A stretch of 64,000 nt of DNA from Podarcis muralis (GCF_964188315.1 NC_135667.1:25296001-25360000); one strand, 5' to 3'. Counted from the first letter of the stretch, positions 24,973-37,341 are shown. Notes: generated by a model not told the origin, from the sequence alone. A program made the numbers and translations.

Positions 24973-25255
24973 CGGCAACGATATCTCCAGAGGCATCCAA
25001 ATTGTTGCAGTTTGGAATGTTTCATTGGCCATCTTGAATGAAATAAACTTAGATGAAGCCTACATCCTTCACTCTGTAACAGATAAACAAAAATACGGCA
25101 ACAATATATTTAGAGGCATTCAAGTTGCCACAGTTTGGAATCACCATGCCAAATTGGGTGAAGGCACACCAACTGAGCAATTACATACTCATACATATTC
25201 AGAGGCACAAGAACCCTAATTGCCACAATTTGGAACCACCATGCCAAACTGGTCC
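24973..25255. repeat. Diverged tandem triplication (~95-125 bp units)
   Basis: Three copies of agaggca...ttg(t/c)..cag/aatttggaa(t/c)caccatgccaaa near 24990, 25113 and 25201. Confidence 0.65.
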
Positions 25256-27129
25256 CAAGCTACCCTCTGCTTGTTTATCTATATTTGCCACCATGGCAGA
25301 AAAGCTTCTCCCACTAAAACAAAACACAACAAAACTCACAGGCGTTTGCAGGAATGCACTACTGATGAATTTAATTATCCTCTTGGGATGAGTATTTCTA
25401 TATAAGTTGCTACATTCCACACTGAAAGTTATATCCTCCAGGGTTTGTTATAGCAAGTATAATAACATCATGGCAAACACTCCACACGGTCTTAGTGAGC
25501 AGGGGGACCATTCTTACTGACACATAAAAGGTACTTTTTCCAATTCATTCCCTCCTTTTCAGTCAGGTAATTGTATACAAAAGTTTGAGTCTCTGGTCCA
25601 AGGCAAGGTCCGCCAGAAGCTTTTTGCATGTTTCTTGATTTCCTCTTTCCCTCTGTTTTTGCTGATCAGATTGGTTTTTCTTAGGCCTTTTTAAAAGAAA
25701 AAAGAAGAAATGAAAAGAAGAGATATGTTTACGTATGATTTCATTGTGTTTTAAGGCAGAAATCCTTGCTTATGTGAGAATGAGCAGGAAGGAAAGAAAG
25801 AAAACAGCATTTGAAATTTCTCACTCACTAGACATAAATTAGAACGTAGGAAGTGGAGCCATTACAAGGTAGTTTTTGTCGTCAGTGCAACCAAATTACA
25901 AACATAAGGCTAAAAGAGTAAGAAGTGCTCCCGCAAATGCACATGTGGGCTAAATATGGGTTCCAGGTTTGAAAAGAATGAAGACTACTGTTCTAATCCA
26001 CTCTTAATAGTAACATGGCATTTATTCCTTTTACATCTCTCTCCCTCCTATATTTTAAATTGCAGTATTTGTTAGGAAGAAGAGTAGCCCTACTGTGGTG
26101 ATAGTCTAAATTTCAGTTGCCATTAATTTCCTTGCATTTCACTTCATTCTGTGTAAGAAAGTAGCATTGAAGGAGCACTTCTAAAGGCTGACTCACGCAC
26201 ACACTAAATATTTCCACATGATGATTTCTGCATATTTAGAGTGAGCAAACCGCTGCAAATGGGAACCTTCAGAAACAGAAATGAGATGCAATGTGATTGC
26301 CTGCTGATTTTATTATTGGCATTCAGCTCTTAAAGGGACAGAAAGTCTTCCAAGGAAAAGGTGGCAACCCTGGACGTTAAATTGTACCAAACAGTCCTTA
26401 GGAAAAAAGGCTTGTGAGCCACTGATTTACTAAATCAATTCATTTTTTGTTAATCTTCAGTCCTTATGGAAGTCAAGCAGACTTTTAGAAACTGGTGAAT
26501 AAGGCTGAGAAATGTTGAAAGATAGCAACTTCCCAACTGTGTGATCTCGATGATGGCAGCTGCTTTTGTTATTAGACCAGTTAGGATTTAACGAAAGATC
26601 CATATTATGGGTTTGAATATGAAATGATGCTCCCAGCATATTGAGGAAATTTTGATACTATTTATTTAAAATGTGTTATTTATTATATAAGAACATCTCA
26701 TTTTAATAAGCTTTCTAACATTGATTACAGGCAAGTAAAAGGCTGAAATGTCATGCATAGCTTGCATGGAATTATGTCCCACTGAGACCAGCTGGACTTC
26801 ATTTCAAGGAAACATGAACTGGATTGGGCTACAATGGCTGTTGGTTAATTTTGCTGTCTGGTCTATGACCGCAATAAAGATTTATTGATTGGTTGGTTGG
26901 TTTCAATGATGCAGAAAAATTGAGCGTGGAAATTGACTTCTCAGTGGAGGTTAAAGCTGCTCAACATAGACTGAATTCAGCTCTTAATTGATATAAGTTT
27001 TTAGAATTATGGTTCCCATCTCAACAATAGTTCAGATGCTGTAGTCTACTATTCAGGAACAACAGAACAACTTTGCTGCAATCAGATGTTTGTTTGTTTT
27101 TCAAAGGTTACCTTTTTGTTGGAAAGGAA

Positions 27130-28068
27130 ATGGAAAATCAAACTACTGTGACATATTTTCTTCTTGTGGGATTTTCTTACAGTTTTCCAGTCCGTATTTG
27201 CCTCTTCCTGGTGTTTTTACTCATGTATGCAATAACTTTGGTAGGGAACACGATCATCATGATGGTAATAAAGAAAGACAGTAATCTACAGAGCCCTATG
27301 TACCTCTTCCTAAGTCAACTGTCTTTTCTGGATATTTGCTACTCTTCAGTCACGGTGCCTAAGGTTCTCCTGAATTTCTTCCACAGCCAAAGAATTTCTT
27401 ACAGTACCTGCATCATGCAAATGTTTTTCATCATCCAGACAGGATGCACTGAAATCTTCCTTCTTACAGCAATGGCTTATGACCGATATGCTGCCATATG
27501 CAAGCCACTTCATTATGTTGAAACTATGAACATACCGTTCTGTAAGCTGCTGGTGGGAGGTGCATGGGCAATAGGTTTTGTACATGCATTGATTAATACA
27601 TTTCCTGTTCTGAAGCTGGTGTTCTGTGGTCCAAACACTATCAGGCATTTCAGCTGTGAACTCCCATCTCTTTTGGCCTTATCTTGCACAGAAACCTTTG
27701 TGAATGCGATAACATTCTTAATTACAAGTAGTGCAGTAGTGCTTTCATCAGTCTTTGTCATGCTGGTGTCATATACCTACATAGTCTCTATGGTCCTGAA
27801 GCTTAATTCAGCAGAAGCTAAAAGAAAGACATTCTCCACCTGCAGTTCCCATCTCATTGTTGTCATTTTATTTTATGGCACTGCCTGCTTTAGGTATTTG
27901 AGGCCAAATTCAGCCTCGTCTGTACTACTGGATGAACTCTTTTCCACCCAATATAGCATTTCAACCCCCATGTTGAACCCCATTATTTACAGTCTGAAAA
28001 CCAAAGAAGTGAAAGAAGCCATCAAGAAACTGATGGGGTACAAAAAAGTGATACCTCCTTCTGTATAA
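27130..28068 (+). CDS. Olfactory receptor, class II (HFSCELP subgroup; 312 aa from first ATG)
   Basis: The track ORF starts at TTG 27073; the first ATG is 27130 (MENQTT). Motifs LQSPMYLFL, MAYDRYAAICKPLHY, KTFSTCSSHL and PMLNPIIYSL are present. Confidence 0.96.
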   Translation: MENQTTVTYFLLVGFSYSFPVRICLFLVFLLMYAITLVGNTIIMMVIKKDSNLQSPMYLFLSQLSFLDICYSSVTVPKVLLNFFHSQRISYSTCIMQMFFIIQTGCTEIFLLTAMAYDRYAAICKPLHYVETMNIPFCKLLVGGAWAIGFVHALINTFPVLKLVFCGPNTIRHFSCELPSLLALSCTETFVNAITFLITSSAVVLSSVFVMLVSYTYIVSMVLKLNSAEAKRKTFSTCSSHLIVVILFYGTACFRYLRPNSASSVLLDELFSTQYSISTPMLNPIIYSLKTKEVKEAIKKLMGYKKVIPPSV

Positions 28069-28400
28069 TTATTATTATTTAAAAAGAGTCACATATAGCA
28101 GACCATTCAAAAATTTGTCATGTGAGTATAGAATTAGTTGTATTTATAGGAATTACTTTTCTGTGGTCATTTAAACTATAATAAAGCCATGCTGATTAAT
28201 TCTGAATCAATTTTCATCTCTCTAATTTGCAATAAGATTTCTGTCTGTCTGTTTCTCATAAAAGAGAATAAACACCTAATAATATGTGTATCAAATCTGA
28301 ACATTTCCCAATCAATCATAATATTTGAAGGACCACCTGTTTCCATATTAATGTGCCCATATATTAAGAACTTCATGTTGCAATCATGAACACATTTACT

Positions 28401-28753
28401 AGTGAGTGGCACTGTGGGTTAAACCACAGAGCCTAGGACTTGCTGATCAGAAGGTCGGCGGTTCGAATCCCTGTCACGGGGTGAGCTCCCGTTGTTCGGT
28501 GCCTGCTCCTGCCAACCTAGCAGTTTGAAAACATGTCAAAGTGCAAGCAGATAAATAGGTACCGCTCTGGCGGGAAGGTAAACTGCATTTCCGTGCACTG
28601 CTCTGGTTCGCCAGAAGCAGTTTAGTCATGCTGGCCACATGACCTGGAAGCTGTACGCTGGCTTCCTTGGCCAGTAAAGCGAGATGAGCGCCGCAACCCC
28701 AGAGTCGGTCACGACTGGACCTAATGGTCAGGGGTCCCTTTACCTTTACCTTT
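28401..28753 (+). mobile_element. Sauria SINE (Squam1)
   Basis: Head gtggcactgtgggttaaacc...gatcagaaggtcggcggttcgaatccc; body ataaataggtaccgct...; (TTTACC)n tail. Confidence 0.92.
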
Positions 28754-29263
28754 AAGTCCCATTGAACTCAATTGAATTTACTTTTGAGTAGGCCCATTTG
28801 TGCAGGATTGTGTTGTCAATGGAGGTCTTCTATGGGTGACTATGCCACTATGCAGTGAGATGTTTTGTTTCCAGAAAGAGATCCTTCTCAGTGGTGATGT
28901 CTCAGTTGTTGAAAGTTCTCCCCAAGGAATTTTCATTATTACTCAATTGACTGTCCTTTCAACACCAAAATCCTTCTTAGTTTCCAAGGATCTTTTTGAT
29001 TGTAATAGTAGTCCTTCTGGATGTTTTATGCTGCCTTTATGATAATGTTGTATTACAATTGACCTTGTAATTATTTTATTACATACATAAACCACTATGT
29101 TTATATAACCTTATAATAATAATAATAAAAAATAGGATAATAAATAATAATAAATACCTTAAAATGGACCATGCATTCTTTAGCTTTATCCTATTTATGG
29201 TTGCAATCATTATTTTTCAACTTTGCTAAGAATAATGCAGATTACATTAGTGAAATGAATGGG

Positions 29264-30322
29264 ACTTCCAGTCAGGAGCTGCCATGGCGAACAGCAGTTC
29301 CTATGATAGCTGATGCTAGGTGTGCAGATAATTAAGGATAATTTGGGAGTAATTATCCTTGCAAGCCACCGCCCCAGGTCGGAGGAGGGGTGAGCTCTCA
29401 CTTGCAGATCGTCTGATACCTGCTTCTTGTTTCTATGATGTGGGGCAGGGGACGCAGAGTGCATAGCACTGCACGTATCGGTAACTCTCCAACACAGTCA
29501 CCATGAGCAGCGGTTCCTCTGTTTTTTAAGATAGATATGAATTTGGACTTAAAAAACAGACACGTTCTGGAAGAAGGAGACAAAATAATCTGCTAAATGA
29601 TTCAGCCACTGAGTGCCAAGGTCTTCATCTGGAGAGGACTATCGTCGTAACCGGACTGGAAGGTGGGTGGAGGGAAGCCTTAGTTTTTTCTCTATACATG
29701 CACTACGTAGTTGTATGATTTGTCAACCCTTCGCTGAAGAAAGAAAAATAATTTCTAATGGAATATAATTATCAATGGATTGCAATTAGTAATGGAATGC
29801 AAGAGGGAATCAACAAAAACTTTATAATTTTTACGGACTAAGTCAGCCTGGAGCAAGGCTAGAGGCCAAAGAAAGATGGTGGAGAGGATTGCGCAGTAAG
29901 AATTAAGTTCTCGGAGTGGGGTGGGTGGGAATGCTGGAAATAATGGATTGTAACAGGAAAGGAAAGACAAACATTAAAATATATTACACAAAGAAAGTTA
30001 GAAGATATAACCCCCTCTGGCAAATTAACAGAGATGGAACAGTTAAAAATACGAACAAAAGTCATTACGTCAGTGGCTGCAAAGATAAAGGAATAACATC
30101 GGAATGGTATTATTCGGATTAAATAAGAATGGAAGCAGCAGAAAGAGCAACAACAGTATCTCCACAAGACCAGAACATAGGAAGTCACCTAAAAATGTTT
30201 AATTTGGAATGGAATAATTGGTTTTTTAAAATTGTTTTATGATTTGGTATTGTATCAATGTGGCTTATACTGGATTATTATTAATGAAAAATTAATATAA
30301 ATTATTATAATTAAAAAATTAT
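29264..30322 (+). mobile_element. ~1.06-kb internally deleted L1-like element with 19-bp TSD
   Basis: Starts gacttccagtcaggagctgccatggcg (L1-type 5' end). Ends with degraded ORF2 C-terminus-like sequence (ECWK...EWKQQKE...FNLEWNNW) and an A/T-rich tail. CATTAGT(G/A)AAATGAATGGG flanks it at 29245-29263 and 30323-30341. Confidence 0.7.
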
Positions 30323-31400
30323 CATTAGTAAAATGAATGGGTTAGGAAAGGAAGGGAAACTCCATGGTGTCCCATAACTTTGGCATATGAAACCATATTC
30401 TTGCTCCTGTTGGAAACATGGCAGGCAAGGACATTTAAGGAATAGCTCCAATATTATGAAAAGCCTTCCCTACAGAGCTCTCTCAGCCCCCCTTGTCTCT
30501 TTCCAGACCAGTGGTTGTCACGGCTAGATGCAAAGGTTGGTGTGGCTTGTTTCTATATATACTCACACACCCTTCTAAATCATTACCATCCATCCAAGCA
30601 AGAGGCGTTATCAGAGTTCAAAGACACAAAGTTGGTCTGCCAACAGTCCTGGTGCCTGAAGCCAGCTCCCCACAGAGCATGCCCTTGGAGATCCTGCCAT
30701 CTTCTATTGTGTGGACATGACCAAGATAGCATAGATGTCAGTCATTGAGACAGGAGTGTTAACTTGCTTGGAATGTGGTCATGGGAAAGCATCTTTATCT
30801 CATACTCTTTGGGAAGACGATCCATTTCCATTGGGTTAGGTAACAGGAGTGAACATTTTTGTAACATGCAAAAAGAAAGGCTCACAGTTTCATCAAATTT
30901 TTCTTGAAAGATGGCCAAATGATAGGCCAAATTCCAAGGAGCCCAAGATGAGAATAAGATCATTCTGGCTGGAATGGTCCTTTAAACTCTTATCATGTCT
31001 GATGGAGGACACAATGTCTGTGAATGTGTGTAGATGCTAGCCTATTGTATGAAGGCAACATATACATTCATTTCTTCACCCATTTTTGCCTTTGGCTCTT
31101 CCAACCATTCATTAATGAAGCTTGTTTTGTTACAGAGGTGCAAATGAAATTATAGATTTTAAATTGTTTATTATCAGTGCAGTAGAAACCCAAGGTCCAC
31201 TGGGATGAAAGAGTTTGGATTTGGCTGATCTTGGGCTTTCCTGGCAGAGCCGTGGTTATGGCAGCAAAAGTCCCTCACCAGTCTCAGCCAGGGTTCAGGC
31301 ATCAGAACTCCCACCGGAAGGGGCTTTCTGGGGATGTGGCAGGAGTGGGATGGAATAAGGGGAGACTTATACCTATTTCAAACTGCTTTCAGCTTGGTGC

Positions 31401-31480
31401 ATGACCCAGCAGCTGATGGTGGAAGTGCAGACTATATCCACCACAGCCAAATGGAACAGGAAGAAATGACCCAGCAGCTG
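31401..31480. other. Templated 50-bp insertion of OR coding sequence inside a 15-bp direct repeat
   Basis: ATGACCCAGCAGCTG (31401-31415) + 50 bp identical to 32512-32561 + ATGACCCAGCAGCTG (31466-31480). Confidence 0.95.
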
Positions 31481-31814
31481 GGCAGAACATATCTGACAAA
31501 ATTCCTCCTGAACGACATTTGAAATAGTGATAACCTACACCAGCCTAAGTGTGACAACCTACACCAGCTTTCTATAGTTAGGATTGCTCTGTACTGTATA
31601 TATCCTACTGGTAAAACTTTAATATTTCCCATCACCTGCAATATACTGTTTTTGAGTGGAGACATTTCACCCATTTACCTACAAATAATCAAATGTACAT
31701 TTCTTCTCATCTACACACATACCCAAAATAAACCACCCCAAAATCAAGAACCAGAGCTCTGAATATAATACTGCAATTCTGCTGGAGAAAAAGAGTAAAA
31801 TGTTGTTGCTTAAC

Positions 31815-32735
31815 TCATGAGTTGAGGAATACTTTTCTGAGAGCTGCTTTGACATCCTTATTTCTTAAAGTGTAGACTATAGGATTCAGAGTTGGCGTAA
31901 CCAGTGTGTATAGGGCAGCAACTACCTTGTCTCGCTCAAAGGAGTAGCTGGAGGCTGGTCGTATGTAAGTATAGATGACAGTCGAGTAATATAAGGACAC
32001 AACAATGAGATGTGATGAGCAAGTGGAGAAAGCCTTCTTCTTCCCTTCAGAGGTCCTGATGTTTAAGATTGCCTTAACAATGAAGCAGTAAGATAAGCAT
32101 GTTATTAAGAAGTCCCCCATAGCAAGAAATATGTCTGCTGTGAATACCCAGACTTCATTGATTCTTACTGGGCTGCAGGAGAGAGCCAGAAGTGGAGGAA
32201 TCTCACAGAAGAAGTGATTGATACCATTGGGGCCACAGAAAGTGAGCCGCATAATCAGGCCAGTGTGAACCCATGAGTTTGTAATGGCGATAAGGATCAC
32301 CACTGTGGAGAGTGCTACACATACTGTCTTGTTCATCATGATGCTATAACGCAAGGGGTGGCATATAGCTACATAGCGATCATAAGCCATGACAGTGAAG
32401 AGCACCATCTCAGCTCCCAAACACCACGTGAAGGAATAGAGCTGGGCTATGCAGCCAGAATAGGAGATTCTCTTGCTAAAAGTTGCTATGTTTGTCAGCA
32501 TCTTGGGAATGATGGTGGAAGTGCAGACTATATCCACCACAGCCAAATGGAACAGGAAGAAATACATGGGTGTGTGAAGTTTGGGATAAGAAAAGATGGC
32601 AGCAATGATTGCTGCATTTCCGATCAGGGCAACGATATAAATGGAAAGGAAGAGAATGAAGAGGAAGATCTGCAGCTTGGGATGCTCAGAGAGGCCCATC
32701 ATCATGAATGCGGTCACACAGCTCCTGTTCCTTAC
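31815..32735 (-). CDS. OR13G1: Olfactory receptor OR13G1-like; start codon unresolved (GTA where Met is expected; first in-frame ATG at 32705)
   Basis: Long segments match my recollection of mammalian OR13G1: GAEMVLF, TNSWVHT.LIMRLTFCGPN, HFFCEIPPLLALSCSPVRINEV, YTYIRPASSY.FERDKVVAALYTLVTPTLNP. No stops or frameshifts in the body. Confidence 0.85.
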   Translation of the reverse strand, partial: VRNRSCVTAFMMMGLSEHPKLQIFLFILFLSIYIVALIGNAAIIAAIFSYPKLHTPMYFFLFHLAVVDIVCTSTIIPKMLTNIATFSKRISYSGCIAQLYSFTWCLGAEMVLFTVMAYDRYVAICHPLRYSIMMNKTVCVALSTVVILIAITNSWVHTGLIMRLTFCGPNGINHFFCEIPPLLALSCSPVRINEVWVFTADIFLAMGDFLITCLSYCFIVKAILNIRTSEGKKKAFSTCSSHLIVVSLYYSTVIYTYIRPASSYSFERDKVVAALYTLVTPTLNPIVYTLRNKDVKAALRKVFLNS

Positions 32736-33837
32736 TGCAACTTGGCCACATGATCTGTTGATGCAAAAGAATGTCCATGATAGCTTCTCTGTAACACAAA
32801 TCAACAACTATGATAAACAAGTGTAGTTAAAGTAATGTTTTATATCAATAGACAGCTGCTTTCCTCCTCCTTTTCTAACAACATTGATTTCACTTCCTTT
32901 AAAGCTAACTGTTATATTGGAACATCTATATTAAAATTTAAGCATTTTGGCACTTCTGTTTTTTAAGCTCACATTTATTATTAAGAGTTCTAGCAGCATG
33001 GAATGGCTAGAAAGCACAACAGCTATCATAAACATTATTGTGATATATCACCAAATAGTAAAATTTCTACAACTCACAATATATTTTAGTGATGTGCTGC
33101 AAGGACTAAGACAAATGATTGCTTCTTATGAAAAGACCAAAAGATAGTATATTTACATGTCATCAAAGTACTGCATTTCCATGCTTGTGTTCTCTTACTC
33201 CTTAGGTTAGTTCTGTTACCATAGAACACAGATAATGCTACAATGCGCTCAGTGGGCGAGAACATGCCAATATGAATGTGTGGAATGATATATAGGTGAC
33301 TACAGAGAGAACAATTCCCAAAGCAACTCCATATTGGACCCTAAAGGAACAATTAAAATTTTAGTTTGTTTATGAAATGACATCACACAAATCCCCCCTT
33401 TCTCTTCAATTTATCATTAAAGTTCCTTGTTAAATTATATTTTATTGCAATAAGGATAACAACCCCTCTGAAGATTCATCAGAACATTGCATCATTTCAT
33501 CCCTGGTGTTCCCCAATCAGAGCAAATGAAATGAATGCAGCTCCTGGGACTGACCTACTCCCAATACTTTGCTCACGTTCTCCCCCCACACCACCCCATA
33601 TCACCATAACAAGTCTCTGATGGTGATGTCTGACCTATTCTACATGGCCAATGTAACATTAGAAAAGTTTTTGTGGCACGTTTTATTTTCTTATCATAAT
33701 GTACTACAAATTTTGAAAAATTGTTTTCTTTTTCTCAATAGGTTAGATAATATCTTTCAATATATTATCATCAAACTCAGCATGAGAGCTCCTGAGGTGG
33801 ATGCCAGGTGCCATTTAGAATCAAGATGGTGGACCAA

Positions 33838-34485
33838 AGGCGCCAACTTCCAAGGGAGAATGGGGGGCTGATGTCACAGAGTGTGTGATGTCAGAATGTT
33901 GGGAGTAGCCAGGACAGAGCCAAACACAGTGGCAGTGTATTGACAGTGTGGCTTCAATGGCCATGACGACTCGTCCTCCTGCTGCTGCTGCTGCCACCAC
34001 CACCACCAGGGGGCTGCTTTCCTGTTTCTTCCTATCTAGCAGGAGGAGAAGGAGCCAGCTGTGCCACACTTGGCTCTGTGCTTTTCCTCCTCTGCCCCAT
34101 GGGAGGGGGCACACCAAAAGGGCTTGGTCCTTAGGAGATGGTGCTCCTGTGGTAGAAAGCATGACTTGGGTATGACTTCACATGATTTGGGGCATGCAAC
34201 GTCAAAAACAAGTCAATTTTGATGCCACTGAAGCTATTGTTCCCCATTTGGTAGAACTTCACCAAATTTGATATATACATGTCAGGGGTGCCAACTAGAA
34301 TAAAATGGGGGGGGCAGCGGCAGGTAAGCCCTATCCTGCATAATTGATGACAAGACACAGCACACACACACACCATTTGGATGGCAATGCCCATCAAGTA
34401 TTGGGGGACCTAGCCAGCCCCTTCAAATGTTTTATTGGGGGGGGGGGGTTGAAGGGAGCTTGGCCGCTAGGAGTTGGTTCATATG
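33838..34485. mobile_element. Probable non-autonomous DNA transposon remnant
   Basis: Imperfect inverted ends (aggcgccaacttcc / ggagttggttc) and G-rich subtermini. Confidence 0.35.
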
Positions 34486-34629
34486 ATACACATACAGCCC
34501 CCAAACTCACAAATTTATTTTAATTTCCAGCACCAGGAACTCCCTCCAGTAGTGAATAAGCCAGGCAGCCTGTTTTGTATAAAAATAATGCCACCAAAGT
34601 AGTTGCAGGTCCAGACATTATGCTCCCCA

Positions 34630-35250
34630 ACCCCCAGATAAATAAAAAACGACTAAGTCTGGTTTGGATTGAAACAGGCCACAAATTTATTGAATTCTTC
34701 TGGTCCACCCACGGGAAATGATGCGTACGTCAACCCAGGCGTGGATTCCTAAAACTTACATGAAATAGGTGGACCCCTGCGAGGACTGTTGTCTGGGGGA
34801 GTACCATCAGCCTTGGCCCGACCTGGGCACACAGACATGACCACTCCTCTCAGATCCCTTTATCAGGATACCCCAGCGTTTGGAGGGGCAGGTGGAGACT
34901 ACAGCCTCCCCTCCATCGAAGGCAAAGGATTATCACAATGCCCCAACCGCCAATCAAGCAAAACAGTCACTGCCAAACCACACACATCTGCATTCAAGCC
35001 CTGATACTTCCTTCAATATCTGCCAACCAAATATCATTTCCTGTAGAGAAAATGTGCATGCCATCAGGCCTAAACAGAGTCTCTTCTGAGAATGTAATAC
35101 TGGGGTGCTGGATCACCCAGGCACTCGGTTGCAATATGCAGCACCTAACTGTGCGGCTAGCCCTTTTCCAAGCACAATTGATTCCCACTGGGTCTAGGTT
35201 GCACCACTGTTGTCTCTCAAGCATATCAGACCAGCCAAGGCATAAGCCAG
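34630..35250 (-). mobile_element. Possible LTR remnant
   Basis: aggccacaaatttattgaa resembles the ggccacaactttatt polyA-signal block of the 57.6 kb and 58.9 kb elements. Boundaries unclear. Confidence 0.3.
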
Positions 35251-36209
35251 ACAGCCTGTTTTCTATAAAAATACAATCACCAAAGTCATCGTAGTAAAAA
35301 CAAGAATAAGAGCAACAAGAATAAGAGCTCCCTTCCTCCATTCATTCATCAAAATGGGGACTAGATGAACCTGCCTTTGCCTAGGTATTTTAAAAATAAA
35401 CCTGTAATAAGTCAATTTATAAATTAATGGTATGACCGTTGATAAGATCTTTGAAGGACAATATAAATTTCTAGATTTCTCTCTCTGCAGATGGAGAGAA
35501 AACCAATCACGTCTGCTGCTTCTCTACGTCAGAACTTTGGTGTCAGAGAGTGTAAAAAAGAGGTGTGCTGGGAGAGGCTGTTTATACACAGAGTCCAAAA
35601 GTTTTCGATTCTCCTGATCTGTCGTTGAAACTATAACAGTCCTAGAACTGGTGTAGCTTATTTCCATCCCAGAGACATATAACTCTCTAAAACAAGGACT
35701 AAGTGAGCCTGGGCTTTAGATGTGATGGTTTGACTAAATTTCATTTCCCCTTCCTCAGAGTATTATTATTGCTCTGTTAGTTACATCATGTTCATTTTGC
35801 CTCCCCCCACCCCGAATACTCTATAGTACCTTGGAATGCACTGGGGTTTAAATGTGTTAATGAACACCTATCAATTCAAATGGGGGATAGATATGGGACA
35901 AGAGATCCCACTAGATACTTTGTGGGTTTGAAAGCATATCTTGAAGCAAAACATCTACAAAGTAAAATTTAGATGACACTTAATTCCTCCTATAATTAAT
36001 CTTATCTATAGGGATCAAGCAATGTATGGCAAAGGTTAAAAGCAAGAAGTGACAATATATTATTGCAGATATTACTGTTGTGCAGTTTGAAGTGAAAGCT
36101 GACTCCTTTTGGAAATGAAAACTGCCTCTTTTTGGAAATGAAGCATTGTCAACATTGAAATTTGAATTATAAGTGTATTTGAAAAATGGGCTAAATGTTG
36201 ACATCAGTA

Positions 36210-36440
36210 GAATGAATAGAACAAATCCTCATCATCTTCCAGGTGCCTCAGAGTTCCTTCTCCCAGTGGCACCATCACTTCAATTAAAGTAAGATTTAAA
36301 GGTAGCAGATAGCTTTCCTCGAAAGCCTGTCTACAATGAGATCAAACCAGTTTTCATCAGACATCCAACTTATAGAAGGCAATTGGCTCCAAGTTATAAA
36401 ATACCAGCAACGATACAAAAGAGCAAATAGGGATGAAGGT
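36210..36440 (+). other. Putative upstream exon of the OR at 37342, ending ATG AAG|GT
   Basis: Homologous to 41840-42093 (tcatcatct.cc...ttctcccagtggcaccatc...atcagacatc...attggctc). ATGAAG at 36433-36438, donor GTAAAT at 36439. Confidence 0.6.
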
Positions 36441-37341
36441 AAATCTTTCATGTTACTTAAGAGTTTCTTCATAATGTAAATTGGTTAATTATTAAAGGAT
36501 AATAAATGACTTGTGTGTTGCCAAACCCCATTTAAAGGGTTTGTCATATGTGGCTTGACATAGTATTTCACATAGCATTTTGCAAGCAATGATTTTTCAC
36601 ACAATCACTTAAATCTCTGAACTCTAACTTCTTGCACAAAAAATGTCAACTCATTTTCAGATACTCACATATATCTATATTTAAGGGCTTTGAAACAGCC
36701 CAGTTGGATATGAATGAGAATATTTTAAAAGTGGATATTTCTGGCTGAGTTATGATGACTGCATGTACGTGTTTTTAAAAGAAGGACACAGAAGATTTGA
36801 ATATAACTATTTTCTGATTAACCAACTCTTAGAGAAGAATTTGAATTATGGAAAACTTTCAAAAACTGGTGGAAAGATTTAGGCAGCCTATTCTTACTAA
36901 TGTTGATATTTACCGAGGATGAATATAAAGATGAAATTGGGTTATTTAGGCCTTATTTATTTATTATTTATTTATTTCAAGGCTTGGCAGTCCATAAGAT
37001 GCTATGGCTAATATTAATACAATTTAGGTTATAAAGATCAACTAACAAGTTATTTAGGCCATAGTAGATGCTGCTCTTTAATGAAAAGACAGCCAATTTA
37101 ATAATGAATGAAAGTATATTGTTAGCCATGAGACTCAAAAGAAGTTATGATTTTTTGTGTGTGTGTGATCTCAAATGAAAGAACAATTGCTTTACAAATA
37201 TTTGCCAGCTGAAGAAAGAAATTGCCAAATCTCTAGTGTGAGTGAGAGAGGGAGAAAGTGAATGGAAAAACTAAGTTTCTATCTGGATAACCAAGTTAAC
37301 ACAATTTGCCTGTCTAGGTCATCTGCATCAGAGATATTGAC

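Noticed and set aside
27073-27129. N-terminal extension given by the ORF track for OR 27130
   Set aside because: Starts at TTG and crosses a likely splice acceptor (tgtttttcaaAG near 27107). The first ATG gives the canonical MENQT start.
30742-30963. Minus-strand ORF ending ...LSHDH, reminiscent of a LINE endonuclease SDH motif
   Set aside because: A single weak motif; too degenerate to annotate without alignment.
31334-31522. Possible second OR pseudogene at 31.4 kb
   Set aside because: OR similarity is confined to the exact 54-bp match. The flanks are non-OR, so it is treated as a templated insertion.
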